DNA of 64,000 nucleotides from positions 105,902-169,901 of the forward strand of contig JAWCLO010000002.1 of assembly GCA_038850735.1 (NCBI GenBank), in the 5' to 3' direction. The stretch is from Methanomassiliicoccales archaeon. GTDB lineage: Archaea; Thermoplasmatota; Thermoplasmata; Methanomassiliicoccales; JACIVX01. The translations under genes were made by a program, and so were the position numbers. The notes under the pieces were generated by a model. The model was not told where the DNA came from and searched no databases. It was given only the letters and a program-made list of their open reading frames with translations. This document shows, one piece after another, positions 1-9,388 of the stretch (positions are counted from its first letter, which is position 1; each line of letters begins with the position of its first letter).

Positions 1-783
1 TAGAACTTTGATAAAATTGCTCTGGCTCACCATGTATTCAATGCCGGAAACCAGCACGACTCCGCTCTTCACGCTATCAAAAAAATTCTTGATCTCGCTG
101 TAGATCAACGGGATATTTGTTGGTTCTCGAGCATACTTGATATCTCTCTCATATGATAGCCATAGCACCGGTGACTTGCCTATGTCGTACTTGAGGCGCA
201 ACTTTTCTGGATATTCCCGAACGACGCACATTCCAGGTCTTCCATGTCTTATCTGATCGACGAAAATCTCAAATGCATAAGAAGAATCATCAGATTCAAT
301 CAAATACGAATAACCTTCCTCAAGATCGTACTTTATCGGCTCGTCAGCAATTTTTCTCTCTTGTCGATCTATGAGTTCGTTTGCGGGTTTTAAAACATGC
401 ACACAGCAGTTGCTTCCGGAAGAAATGCATTCTTTCTCTTCCGCATTGTAACGAGTTTTTAGCAACCCACTAACAATTCCGGCAAGATATCCTCGAGTGA
501 AGTCGCATCGGCGACCATGGGTAGCTTCAATCGATTCTTCGAATGTGATCGTGATCTCTTCATCGGTAATCTCTTCCATGATCATCCTGCTTAACCCGGT
601 TTCTGACCATAACTGAGGGAGTATGTCTGAGAAATCTTCGTAGTCTTTGGCCTCGATACCTAACTCTCTAACAAGGTTCATCCCCGCTCTAAACCCAAAT
701 CGCTCAAGCGTCCCCGATGCCGCATCACCTTCGATCAGTTCAAGTTCTTCTCTCAGATCCAAGAGGGCTGAACCTGGTAACAC
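1..783 (-). CDS. V4R domain + DUF835 domain protein (C-terminus lies beyond the window edge)
   Basis: Hand-translated; absent from the ORF track because it has no stop in the window. GTG at 783 lies 11 nt after the GTPase stop, and the frame stays open to position 1. The N-terminal part (ITITFEESIEATHGRRCDFTRGYLAGIVSGLLKTRYNAEEKECISSGSNCCVHVL) has the V4R Cys pattern. The C-terminal part (EEGYSYLIESDD...GMCVVREYPEKLRLKYDIGKSPVLWLS...VVLVSGIEYMV) aligns with the DUF835 protein at 49569-50039. Confidence 0.7.
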   Translation of the reverse strand, partial: MLPGSALLDLREELELIEGDAASGTLERFGFRAGMNLVRELGIEAKDYEDFSDILPQLWSETGLSRMIMEEITDEEITITFEESIEATHGRRCDFTRGYLAGIVSGLLKTRYNAEEKECISSGSNCCVHVLKPANELIDRQERKIADEPIKYDLEEGYSYLIESDDSSYAFEIFVDQIRHGRPGMCVVREYPEKLRLKYDIGKSPVLWLSYERDIKYAREPTNIPLIYSEIKNFFDSVKSGVVLVSGIEYMVSQSNFIKVL

Positions 784-794
784 ATAAAAGGGTT

Positions 795-1313
795 TCAATC
801 GCACACCTCCAGCATAGCCCTGCCGAGTTTGGAAAAAGCATTTTGTACTCCTTCGCCTGTTTTGGCACTCGTCCTTACAAACTTATGGCCTATTATGCTT
901 TCTATTTCGCGCAGCAATGATTCTTTTACTTTGCATTCGAGATCACTTTTGTTTGCTATTGGCAATATTGGAACGTCACCAACCACCTCGATAAAATCAT
1001 TTCGCCATCCGACGAGATTTTTCACGGTTTCCTCCCGCGTGAGATCGCACACGAGAAGTGCACCGTTGGCACCCTTATAGTACGCATGATGCAGTGCCTG
1101 GTGAGTCTTTTGGCCAAGGATGTCCCATATCATTAATGTCAGCTCAGCTTCATCGAAATCGATGACTTTCTTCGTCACCTTTGTACCGAAGCTCGTGAGA
1201 TACTCATCTCCGAAAAAGTCATAAACAAAGCGTCTTACCAGACTTGTCTTTCCGACGCCTCCGTCACCAAGCAAGCAGATCTTCCTAATGAATTTCCTTT
1301 TTGCTTTTTCCAT
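795..1313 (-). CDS. Ras/Rab-like small GTP-binding protein
   Basis: 172 aa. All G motifs are present: G1 GDGGVGKTS, G3 WDILGQ, G4 NKSD, G5 SAK. Confidence 0.9.
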   Translation of the reverse strand: MEKAKRKFIRKICLLGDGGVGKTSLVRRFVYDFFGDEYLTSFGTKVTKKVIDFDEAELTLMIWDILGQKTHQALHHAYYKGANGALLVCDLTREETVKNLVGWRNDFIEVVGDVPILPIANKSDLECKVKESLLREIESIIGHKFVRTSAKTGEGVQNAFSKLGRAMLEVCD

Positions 1314-1420
1314 AATAATTAGACTATCATAACTATGGGCTTCTATTTAACCATAATTGTTCGAGCAGTATCCAGATGATCAGACCATGATGAGAAATCG
1401 GATTTGTCGATCCAACTCAA

Positions 1421-2188
1421 TTATCCGTAGAGAAGCGATTCATCGCCGATCCGCCGAGATTGTTTCATACCTTCAAGCGCGGCTTTCATCTGCTGTTCAA
1501 TCTGCTCAGCTTCTTTATACAATGGATCTGGGTCAAGTCTCAATTCAGGAAGCATCTTTGCAACGATCTCCAAAAGCCTTGCAGCGCCTCGTGCGTCCGG
1601 GTAATCCAATCGTGCTGGACCAAGCAAGCAGACTACGTCAATATTTAAACGTTCGCCTTCATACAGGAGGACGCCGGATAATCCCGAAACCATTCCCTCT
1701 TTCATTTCCTTGATTCCATATTTGTCCAACATCTGTCGCGTTCGCGGGGTGCTAGCAACTCCATAGATGGGAAGTTCTCCTGTTGCATCGCCTACGTTGA
1801 TGCCTTCGAGTGTAAGAATGATCTCTATTTCCTTTTCTTTGCACCACTGCAAGATGAGATCAGCAACCGGTTTCATTAAATCAGGTCTTGGAATGAATTC
1901 TGACATGATAACGACGAGCTGCTCGCATCGAATTCCGTTACTGCATGTTCTTTCCCCAGCATATATTCTAACTGGGGAAGATGGTATTCCGTCGTGAATG
2001 ATCGTATACGGTGGAAAATCCTTTGAAACCATTGTCGCAACGCGCTCAAGCTTCATCGTCCTAGAAATGAAATTGGCGGCAATACTGCCGACAAGCCCTA
2101 CGCTTGGGAATCCCACCACGGCTACCGCGTTTGGATACTTTTCGTTCTTATATTCATTAATAAAGGGATCGGTATGCATACTGAGCAT
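1421..2188 (-). CDS. PAC2-family proteasome assembly chaperone-like protein
   Basis: 255 aa. The N-terminal AVAVVGFPSVGLVGSIAANFI motif and overall layout are typical of archaeal PAC2 (COG1938) proteins. Confidence 0.75.
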   Translation of the reverse strand: MLSMHTDPFINEYKNEKYPNAVAVVGFPSVGLVGSIAANFISRTMKLERVATMVSKDFPPYTIIHDGIPSSPVRIYAGERTCSNGIRCEQLVVIMSEFIPRPDLMKPVADLILQWCKEKEIEIILTLEGINVGDATGELPIYGVASTPRTRQMLDKYGIKEMKEGMVSGLSGVLLYEGERLNIDVVCLLGPARLDYPDARGAARLLEIVAKMLPELRLDPDPLYKEAEQIEQQMKAALEGMKQSRRIGDESLLYG

Positions 2189-2494
2189 CTCTATTTTTTA
2201 TAAGATTTCGTTCATACTTAATTTTTCTTCTTTTTGACAAGAGAGAAAAAGAAGTGATCTGTTTTCCATTGCTGTCAACGTCGGATGTAAATGCGACGAG
2301 TCGACGTAAAAATGCTTCTGATTAATGGAGATTTAGTGATTAGTTCGAAAATTGAGAACTTCTGAAATGAATAATGCTTGCCAATACGGTAGAGTTGTTA
2401 TAGTTCCACAGAAAGTACCATTTATGATAAACATATGAAGCGAATGAGGATCTCCATTTTCACGAAAAATCTAAACAGGTCTTGTTACACTTAC

Positions 2495-3778
2495 ATGTTC
2501 GTGCTTGAAAAGAAAGTATCGATAAGTTACACATCTGGAAGGATACCCATTGTAATTGAAGAGAGACCTTACGCTAGAACCTCCGCATTGGCGGTTTTCA
2601 TTACCGTGGGATCAAGAGATGAGCCCACTGGTAGCCAAGGAATAGCGCATCTGCTTGAGCACACCATTTTCAAAGGGACGGAGAACATGAGCTCTCGACA
2701 GACATCTGAACTCATTGAAGCTGCGGGGGGTGAGTTCAATGGCTACACGGGTAAGGAAATGACGTGCTATTATACCATAACCCTGTCAGAGACTGTGGAC
2801 GTAGCTCAAAGAATCCTGGCAGATGCACTTCTAAATGCACGTCTCGAAAGGGAGTCTATCGAAATAGAGAAGGGAGTGGTTTCCGATGAAATAAGATTGA
2901 TTAAAGATGAGCCTGATGATTACATTCACCATCTTCTGTCACGCGCCATGTGGAATGGACACCCCATGGCTTCATCAGAAGCTGGCGAAATCGAATCGGT
3001 TGAAAATATCACTGAGAGTCAGCTCAAGGAATTTTACAAATCATATTACCAACCAGCTAATTTCGTGATCGCGGCTTGTGGGGATGTGAAAAAAGAGAAT
3101 GTCGTGCGGTGGGCCGAAGAATCTTTCGACGATCTTATTAGTGGTAAGTCTACGAGAAACCGCATTCCACCAACACCGAGATCGCATGTGGAGATCCTCC
3201 CACGCGACGGAGAGCAGGTCTATGTTGGCATAGGCTTTCCAGGGTATCGTGCTAGCCACCCCGATAGATTTGCACAGACACTGATGAGCGCTATTTTAGG
3301 CGGTGGAACAAGCTCAAGGTTTTATCAAGAGATTAGAGAGGAAAAAGGTCTTGTCTATTCCATTTATACATCATCCCAACCTTATAGTGATTGCGGAATT
3401 TTCGGAATCTTCTTTTCAGCTAAATCCTCAAAAGCTGAGTTAGTATGCAAAGCGATTGCTGATGAGTTGAGAAAAATCAAAGATTGTGGATTAAAGAAGG
3501 GGGAGCTGGTAAGGGCAAAACGCTACATTAAAGGATTGCTGGTAAGGAAGATAGAACCTACTGAGTCGAGACTGTTTCATCTCGGAGAGTTTTATGTTAT
3601 GACAGAAAAATTACCCACCGAAGCAGAAATTATTTCTCAACTTGAAAAAGTGACCGAAGAAGATGTTAAGAAGACCATAGAGAAGATTATTGTTCGAGAT
3701 AAGATGAGTGTTGCAATATATGGCACTACTGAAAAGCAAGATTCAACGATTGAGTCCATCGAATGCCTGGAGTTCTAG
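2495..3778 (+). CDS. M16 (pitrilysin/insulinase) family zinc peptidase
   Basis: Inverted zinc motif HLLEH followed by GTE. The length is typical of M16B. The track ORF starts at 2435; the internal ATG at 2495 (MFVLEKK) is preferred, so the start is uncertain. Confidence 0.85.
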   Translation: MFVLEKKVSISYTSGRIPIVIEERPYARTSALAVFITVGSRDEPTGSQGIAHLLEHTIFKGTENMSSRQTSELIEAAGGEFNGYTGKEMTCYYTITLSETVDVAQRILADALLNARLERESIEIEKGVVSDEIRLIKDEPDDYIHHLLSRAMWNGHPMASSEAGEIESVENITESQLKEFYKSYYQPANFVIAACGDVKKENVVRWAEESFDDLISGKSTRNRIPPTPRSHVEILPRDGEQVYVGIGFPGYRASHPDRFAQTLMSAILGGGTSSRFYQEIREEKGLVYSIYTSSQPYSDCGIFGIFFSAKSSKAELVCKAIADELRKIKDCGLKKGELVRAKRYIKGLLVRKIEPTESRLFHLGEFYVMTEKLPTEAEIISQLEKVTEEDVKKTIEKIIVRDKMSVAIYGTTEKQDSTIESIECLEF

Positions 3779-3817
3779 ATCTTGAAAAATCCGTAATCAG
3801 TAATGAGTAATCGAAGA

Positions 3818-4324
3818 TCAATAATTCGCATCGCACCTCGTTTTGTAAATAAGATCCAATACTGCTTCGACAGCCTTGGGTATTGAAGCTTCTACCTCTG
3901 GAGTGAGGTTTTCACCAACAGTCTTCGTATTCACAACTTCGATCGCTACAAAGAAAATTTTCTTTGGCATTCTCTCGGGTTCTATCATTCTTCCCAGTCT
4001 TATTGCCGTTGCGATATTCACATCATGAGGGTTTGCACCGCGCACGGTGGTAGAGAAATTTTGCTCGTCGAAGACGAAAACTGAGCCAGGATTGCTAATT
4101 CCAGTTATAATTCCATCAACGACTATTACGTAATCGAAATCCAACATCAATTCAATAAGATCGAGTCCGCTAGTGCTAGCATCGCGGATTTCCACATTAT
4201 CAAATCTATGTGACCGAATTTCATCTGCTATACGTAATCCAATGGAATCGTCTGAGATTATGGGGCTCCCGAGACCGAGCACGAGAATTCTTTGTCTTCC
4301 TTTTTCTGTTGTCATCTGATTCAT
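3818..4324 (-). CDS. [NiFe]-hydrogenase maturation endopeptidase (HycI/FrhD/HyaD family)
   Basis: 168 aa. Contains ILVLGLGSPIISDDSIGLRIADEI and VIVVDGI, the conserved Asp/His layout of hydrogenase maturation proteases. Confidence 0.8.
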   Translation of the reverse strand: MNQMTTEKGRQRILVLGLGSPIISDDSIGLRIADEIRSHRFDNVEIRDASTSGLDLIELMLDFDYVIVVDGIITGISNPGSVFVFDEQNFSTTVRGANPHDVNIATAIRLGRMIEPERMPKKIFFVAIEVVNTKTVGENLTPEVEASIPKAVEAVLDLIYKTRCDANY

Positions 4325-4563
4325 CTGGGAGGCTTTCCTATAATTTCTAATTTATGGAGGATGAAAGACAGAATTGTTTCTGGAGGTCATAATTATACGG
4401 ATTTTTTTTACATCCCATTATTCTTGAGATGTGCTCTGATGCGATCCTAGGCCAGCAAAACTACGTCAACAATACGAAAAGATGTCTTATTCGATAGAGG
4501 AACATTGAATTGAAACGAGAGTTCGTCGTAGTGATTCCCCTAACTATTTTCTTGATAAAGTCA

Positions 4564-5421
4564 ATGAGTGTATGTATGTATATTGAGCCGAAAGTGTCCT
4601 TAGTCATTAACGGTAAACAGATAAGTTCAAAGGTTATGGAGGCGTTGATAGCAGTTTTACAAGAGGGGAGCCAGAAGCGAGCTGCGAATAAACTCTATAT
4701 TTCAGTGCCCGTTCTGCACCGCTATATAAAAAAAATCGAGGATGCCGCTGGTTTTCCCGTGTTCGAAGCAGATCGATCAGGTACCAGATTGACGAATGGG
4801 GGTAAACAAATCGTCGAGGAATATATTGCACTTAAGTCCCGAATGAGAAAGCCCCACAGTATCACGGTGGGTGGTACGATTATTACAGAAGAGCTTCTTT
4901 TATCCGCCACAACTCGCTATGATAAAGATATCAGATTCGATATCGTCATTTCAGATGACGAAAGCAATGTTGAAAATTTCAAAGCTGGGCTGATCAATTT
5001 GGTTATCCTTGACGATCCCTTTTACATTTACGAATTAGATGGCATTGAGTGGGATGAAATAGGCGAGGACAGACTTGTACATGTTGACAGAGGTCCAAGA
5101 TACCTGAGATTTCGGTTCGGTCCCCAAAGAATTGGTTTCAAACACTTAGAAACTACTGGAGCCAAATATGAAGTTGTCGGCGAAACAGGACACCTTCAAA
5201 CACTCGTGCACTCACCATTTAGTTTCTTTGCAAATGAGAGTTTGCTTGAAAGAAGGGGATTCAGTATAAAAAGCGCAACTTCGGCCGATCTTCTTTCACA
5301 TAAGATCGTTGCGATGTATAGGTGTAAAGATGAGGGTGTTGCAAACATTGTTACCATGCTTAAATCAAAAAAAATGTCTCTGCCTAGATTTACCAAAAAA
5401 GGTAATAAAATCGCACTTTAG
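4564..5421 (+). CDS. LysR/ModE-type HTH transcriptional regulator with a substrate-binding-like C-terminal domain
   Basis: HTH segment LQEGSQKRAANKLYISVPVLHRYIKKIEDAAGFPVFE...TRLTNGGKQ resembles LysR/ModE N-terminal domains. The track start is TTG 4510; the ATGs at 4564 and 4576 are more plausible. Confidence 0.6.
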   Translation: MSVCMYIEPKVSLVINGKQISSKVMEALIAVLQEGSQKRAANKLYISVPVLHRYIKKIEDAAGFPVFEADRSGTRLTNGGKQIVEEYIALKSRMRKPHSITVGGTIITEELLLSATTRYDKDIRFDIVISDDESNVENFKAGLINLVILDDPFYIYELDGIEWDEIGEDRLVHVDRGPRYLRFRFGPQRIGFKHLETTGAKYEVVGETGHLQTLVHSPFSFFANESLLERRGFSIKSATSADLLSHKIVAMYRCKDEGVANIVTMLKSKKMSLPRFTKKGNKIAL

Positions 5422-5468
5422 CCCTTTCATTTTAAATATCAATAGTCAATTTTCAATAAGGTGAGAAA

Positions 5469-5978
5469 ATGGTTACGGTAAAAGAACCAAACCCCTCATT
5501 TGCTGAGAGTATCATTAAAGCCGGAGGGACAACGCTTAATCTTTGTTACCAATGTGGAACATGCACGGCGAGCTGTCCGTCGGGAAGACAAACAGCATTT
5601 AGGACAAGAAAGCTCATTCGAAAGGCACAGTTGGGCCTAAAAGAAGATATTCTACCATCTGACGATTTGTGGATGTGTACCACATGCTATACCTGTGTTG
5701 AACGCTGTCCCCGTCAAGTAGATATAACGGACATCATCATGATTCTGAGAAATTTTGCTGTTAAGGAAGGATATATGGCAGACACGCATAGACGAACTGC
5801 ATCATCAATGATGAACACTGGCCACACAATCCCCCTTACCGACGATTATAAAGAAATGAGGAAGCGATTAGGGCTTTCAGAAATGCCCCCAACTGTTATA
5901 GGAAATCCAGATGCTTTGGAAGCTTGGAAAAAAATCATGCAGATAACAGGTTTTGACAAACTCATCGGAGGGAAATAA
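5469..5978 (+). CDS. hdrC: heterodisulfide reductase subunit C
   Basis: Two ferredoxin-like clusters, CYQCGTCTASCP and CTTCYTCVERCP. AAGGTGAG precedes the ATG, and hdrB follows immediately. Confidence 0.9.
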   Translation: MVTVKEPNPSFAESIIKAGGTTLNLCYQCGTCTASCPSGRQTAFRTRKLIRKAQLGLKEDILPSDDLWMCTTCYTCVERCPRQVDITDIIMILRNFAVKEGYMADTHRRTASSMMNTGHTIPLTDDYKEMRKRLGLSEMPPTVIGNPDALEAWKKIMQITGFDKLIGGK

Positions 5979-6833
5979 ATGGGAGAAAAATATGCACTCT
6001 TTCTTGGTTGCATCGCGCCACTTAGGTATCCTGGCATCGAGAAGACAACAAGAGAAGTCTTTAAGGCGCTTGACGTAGACTTAGTTGATCTGGAAGGGGC
6101 TGGCTGCTGCCCAGCGCCAGGAGTCATCAGGTCATTTGATCAGGCAACTTGGCTCGCATTGGCAGCAAGAAATCTCGCCTTGGCTGAGCAGAAAGGACTT
6201 GATATCATTACAATTTGTAACGGATGCTTCGGCTCGCTTTTCGATGCCGCACACTTCCTGCACGAAAATAAGGAAAAAATAAAAGAAGTCAATAAAATAC
6301 TCAAGCAAGTTGGCCTCGAATACAGTGGTGAGAAAATAAAGGTACGCCACTTTGCTGACGTCCTTCATAAAGATATTGGCATTGAGAAAATCAAATCAAA
6401 AGTGATTAATCCCCTGAACTTTAAAGTTGCAGTGCATTACGGTTGCCACTTTGCAAAGCCCAGCAAAATCAAACAACTTGATGATCCTGAAAGACCAAGC
6501 TTGCTTGATGAGCTTGTTGAAGCAGTGGGCCCAAAGAGTATATACTATCGTGACAAGATGATGTGCTGCGGAGCTGGCGGGGGTCTCAGGACAAGAGCAA
6601 ATGAGATCGCCATGAAAATGACTGTTGAGAAGCTGGCAAATGTGAAAAAGGCTGGAGGACAGTTCATAGTTGATGTCTGTCCGTTTTGTCACCTGCAATT
6701 CGACAGAACTCAGAAGGACTTTCCAGATTACAACATTCCAGTGGTGCATCTTTCACAGCTATATGGCGTAGCCTTTGGACTTCCAAAAGAATCGATGGGT
6801 TTCGAATCACATGTTGTGCCGGTGAATCTCTGA
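5979..6833 (+). CDS. hdrB: heterodisulfide reductase subunit B
   Basis: CCG-type cysteine motifs are present (GAGCCPAPG; MMCCGAGGG...CPFCHLQF). The ATG directly abuts the hdrC stop. Confidence 0.9.
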   Translation: MGEKYALFLGCIAPLRYPGIEKTTREVFKALDVDLVDLEGAGCCPAPGVIRSFDQATWLALAARNLALAEQKGLDIITICNGCFGSLFDAAHFLHENKEKIKEVNKILKQVGLEYSGEKIKVRHFADVLHKDIGIEKIKSKVINPLNFKVAVHYGCHFAKPSKIKQLDDPERPSLLDELVEAVGPKSIYYRDKMMCCGAGGGLRTRANEIAMKMTVEKLANVKKAGGQFIVDVCPFCHLQFDRTQKDFPDYNIPVVHLSQLYGVAFGLPKESMGFESHVVPVNL

Positions 6834-6842
6834 GGTGCGCAT

Positions 6843-7115
6843 TTGTACAAGGCGCATCTCGTTACAATCACTGATATTGGCTCTGTACCTGAGGGGCTAA
6901 GGGGATTTGTCAGTTTTCAGGCTGCATACGAAGGACATCGAGTCCATGAGCACGAGAAGATAGCTCTCCTTGTCGTTGAAGGTACCGCTTCATACATAGT
7001 AATCTTCCTCGAAAAAGTGAAAAGAATAGAAGAAATTGAAGTCAGGCTTATGAAACAACAGACGGAGATGACTCAAGATACCAGAGCGGCAATCGAGAAT
7101 GCACTAAATTCATGA
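6843..7115 (+). CDS. hypothetical small protein (possibly co-transcribed with hdrCB)
   Basis: 90-aa ORF with a TTG start 9 nt after hdrB. No motif recognised, so the call rests only on position and length. Confidence 0.3.
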   Translation: MYKAHLVTITDIGSVPEGLRGFVSFQAAYEGHRVHEHEKIALLVVEGTASYIVIFLEKVKRIEEIEVRLMKQQTEMTQDTRAAIENALNS

Positions 7116-7361
7116 AAAATTCTTCCACTCTATTTAAGAAAACAGATTAACAACCTCCTGATAAAATTTGTCATATTTTAACATTCAAACTACAAAGCTT
7201 TATTTTAGATATCATTGTAGCAGCATAACTTGCTAAAGAGAAAGGCCTGATAATATTTGACGAGGTTACTCAAATTCCCTTAGAATTTAAGTTAATCATC
7301 GCAACCTCATTCAAACAAAAACAAAATCATTAATCTTGATAAGTAAATCTCTTGAAATGCG

Positions 7362-8321
7362 ATGAATACGCTTGGAAGTCTGGGGGAAAGAGAAATAGTA
7401 AGACATATATTAGAGATAATCAACACAATACCTCCTAAGGGCCCAGGCGATGATGCTTCTGCGATTGATCTGGGTGAATTTTACCTCGTCTTGAGTACTG
7501 ATATGGTCTCTCGAAAAACACACGCACCAAAAGGTATGACCTTCTGGCAATTGGGATGGTTCTTAGCTGCCATTAATTATAGTGATATTGCAGCTATGGG
7601 GGCGAAACCGATTGGATTGCTCACATCTCTTGGTTTTCCGCGAGAGACTGAACTTGTAGACATGTTGGAAGTTATTAAAGGTGCTAAAGCGTGTTCAGAA
7701 TATGTTGGCGGCGAGATTCTTGGAGGAGATACTAAAGAGACCTCAGATATTACGCTTGCCGGAACTGCTGTTGGCATAGTAGGAAAAAAAGAAATCTTGC
7801 TGAGAAAAGGTGCCAAAGTCGGTGATATACTAGCAGTCACAGGTACTTTAGGCCTCCCTGCTGCTGGTCTGCATGCAATTAAAAATAACCTAACGTGCGA
7901 AAAATGTAAGAAAGCACTTTTCGAACCCATGCCCAGGGTAAGAGAAGGGTTAACTCTCTCTTCATCAGGATTCGTGACATCATGTATCGATATTTCAGAT
8001 GGTCTTGCAATTTCACTCAGGCATTTATCGGAAGCAAGCGGCGTATCGTTTGAGGTGGTATGGAACAAAATTCCAGTCGATCCAGCAGTGAAGCGCATAG
8101 CGAGATTGGCAAAACTTGACGAGAAGGAGTTGGTGCTTTACGTTGGGGGCGACTATCAATTACTTTTCACGGTGACTCCTAAGGGATGGTATCATTTGAA
8201 AAAACGGCTCGGCTCGGCTATTTCGCAAATTGGAGCGGTTGTCGATCGTGAGAAAAATACATTAGTTATCAATGGTAAGAGATTTGAAATCGAGGATCGA
8301 GGATATGAACATTTCAAGTGA
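7362..8321 (+). CDS. thiL: thiamine-monophosphate kinase (AIR-synthase-related family)
   Basis: 319 aa. Contains LGEREIV...GPGDDASAIDLGEFYLVLSTDMV and GGDT motifs of the PurM-like ThiL family. It lacks the HypE C-terminal Cys motif. Confidence 0.75.
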   Translation: MNTLGSLGEREIVRHILEIINTIPPKGPGDDASAIDLGEFYLVLSTDMVSRKTHAPKGMTFWQLGWFLAAINYSDIAAMGAKPIGLLTSLGFPRETELVDMLEVIKGAKACSEYVGGEILGGDTKETSDITLAGTAVGIVGKKEILLRKGAKVGDILAVTGTLGLPAAGLHAIKNNLTCEKCKKALFEPMPRVREGLTLSSSGFVTSCIDISDGLAISLRHLSEASGVSFEVVWNKIPVDPAVKRIARLAKLDEKELVLYVGGDYQLLFTVTPKGWYHLKKRLGSAISQIGAVVDREKNTLVINGKRFEIEDRGYEHFK

Positions 8322-9327
8322 TTCTTTGAAGGAGGCAAGATTTTGGAGGACAATGGGCGGCAAAATCCAATGCGAATTGTGTCCACATTCGTGTTTAATT
8401 GCGCCGAATAAGCGAGGCATCTGTGGCGTTCGAAGAAATGTCGATGGGAAGCTCGTATCTCTCATTTACGGCAGAGCCTCTTCCATCCATGTTGACCCTA
8501 TTGAAAAAAAGCCTTTCTTCCATTTCAAACCTGGTGATAGGGTACTTTCCCTTGGATCTGTTGGATGCACTTTTAGATGTCTTCATTGTCAAAACTTCAC
8601 GATATCCCAGGCAGAAGTCGATAAATTTCCGCTTGAATACATAAATCCGCAAGATGTCACCACAATGTGTCAAAACACGGAAGCTAAAGGAATTTCGTGG
8701 ACTTACAACGAGCCCATTATTTGGCATGAATTCGCGTGCGATGCCTCGAAGATTGCAAAAGAAAACGGATACTATTCTCTGTATGTCACGAATGGATATA
8801 TCCAGGAAGAACCTCTCAGAGAGATTTCTAAGTATATCGATGGAATGAATATCGACATAAAAGGATTTACCGAAGAATTCTATAGAAAAATCTGCAAGGC
8901 ACGTCTAGAACCAGTGCTCGAAGCAACGCAAATCGCAGTTGGACTGGGGATGCATGTCGAGCTTACATATCTCATCATTCCAAACAGGAATGACACAGAA
9001 GAAGAGATTCGAAGATTCGTTATATGGGTTCGTGATTCACTAGGTGAAAGCATACCCGTACACTTCACGAGATTCCATCCAGATTACATGATGACGGATG
9101 TACCATCAACTCCATTAAAAACCTTAGAGATGGCTCTGAAAATCGGCAAGGAGGAGGGGTTGAGATTCGTGTATGTTGGCAATGTCCCGCATCATGAAGG
9201 CGAAAATACATACTGCCCCAAGTGTGGCAATCTTGCAATAGAACGTGTTGGGTTCGAGGTCGTGCACATTGATGTCAAAGAGGGAAAGTGCCGGAAATGC
9301 GGCGAGTCGCTCAATATCATTATGTAA
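8305..9327 (+). CDS. AmmeMemoRadiSam-system-type radical SAM enzyme (PFL-activase related)
   Basis: Contains CELCPHSCLIAPNKRGICGVRRN, VDPIEKKPFFHF, the radical SAM triad GCTFRCLHCQN, and a C-terminal Zn ribbon (CPKCG...CRKCG). The ATG at 8305 overlaps the thiL end by 17 nt; the track start at 8272 is probably an over-extension. Confidence 0.8.
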   Translation: MNISSDSLKEARFWRTMGGKIQCELCPHSCLIAPNKRGICGVRRNVDGKLVSLIYGRASSIHVDPIEKKPFFHFKPGDRVLSLGSVGCTFRCLHCQNFTISQAEVDKFPLEYINPQDVTTMCQNTEAKGISWTYNEPIIWHEFACDASKIAKENGYYSLYVTNGYIQEEPLREISKYIDGMNIDIKGFTEEFYRKICKARLEPVLEATQIAVGLGMHVELTYLIIPNRNDTEEEIRRFVIWVRDSLGESIPVHFTRFHPDYMMTDVPSTPLKTLEMALKIGKEEGLRFVYVGNVPHHEGENTYCPKCGNLAIERVGFEVVHIDVKEGKCRKCGESLNIIM

Positions 9328-9388
9328 AGCTAAATCCTCGAAATTGTTGCCTGTTTGATAGTCTCAAAACTTATTATTTTGAAATGAA

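Noticed and set aside
1387-1393. ATGATGA / GTGATGA strings (1387-1393 and 62666-62687) as possible C boxes of C/D box sRNAs.
   Set aside because: No correctly spaced D', C' and D (CTGA) boxes follow, and no terminal stem can be drawn.
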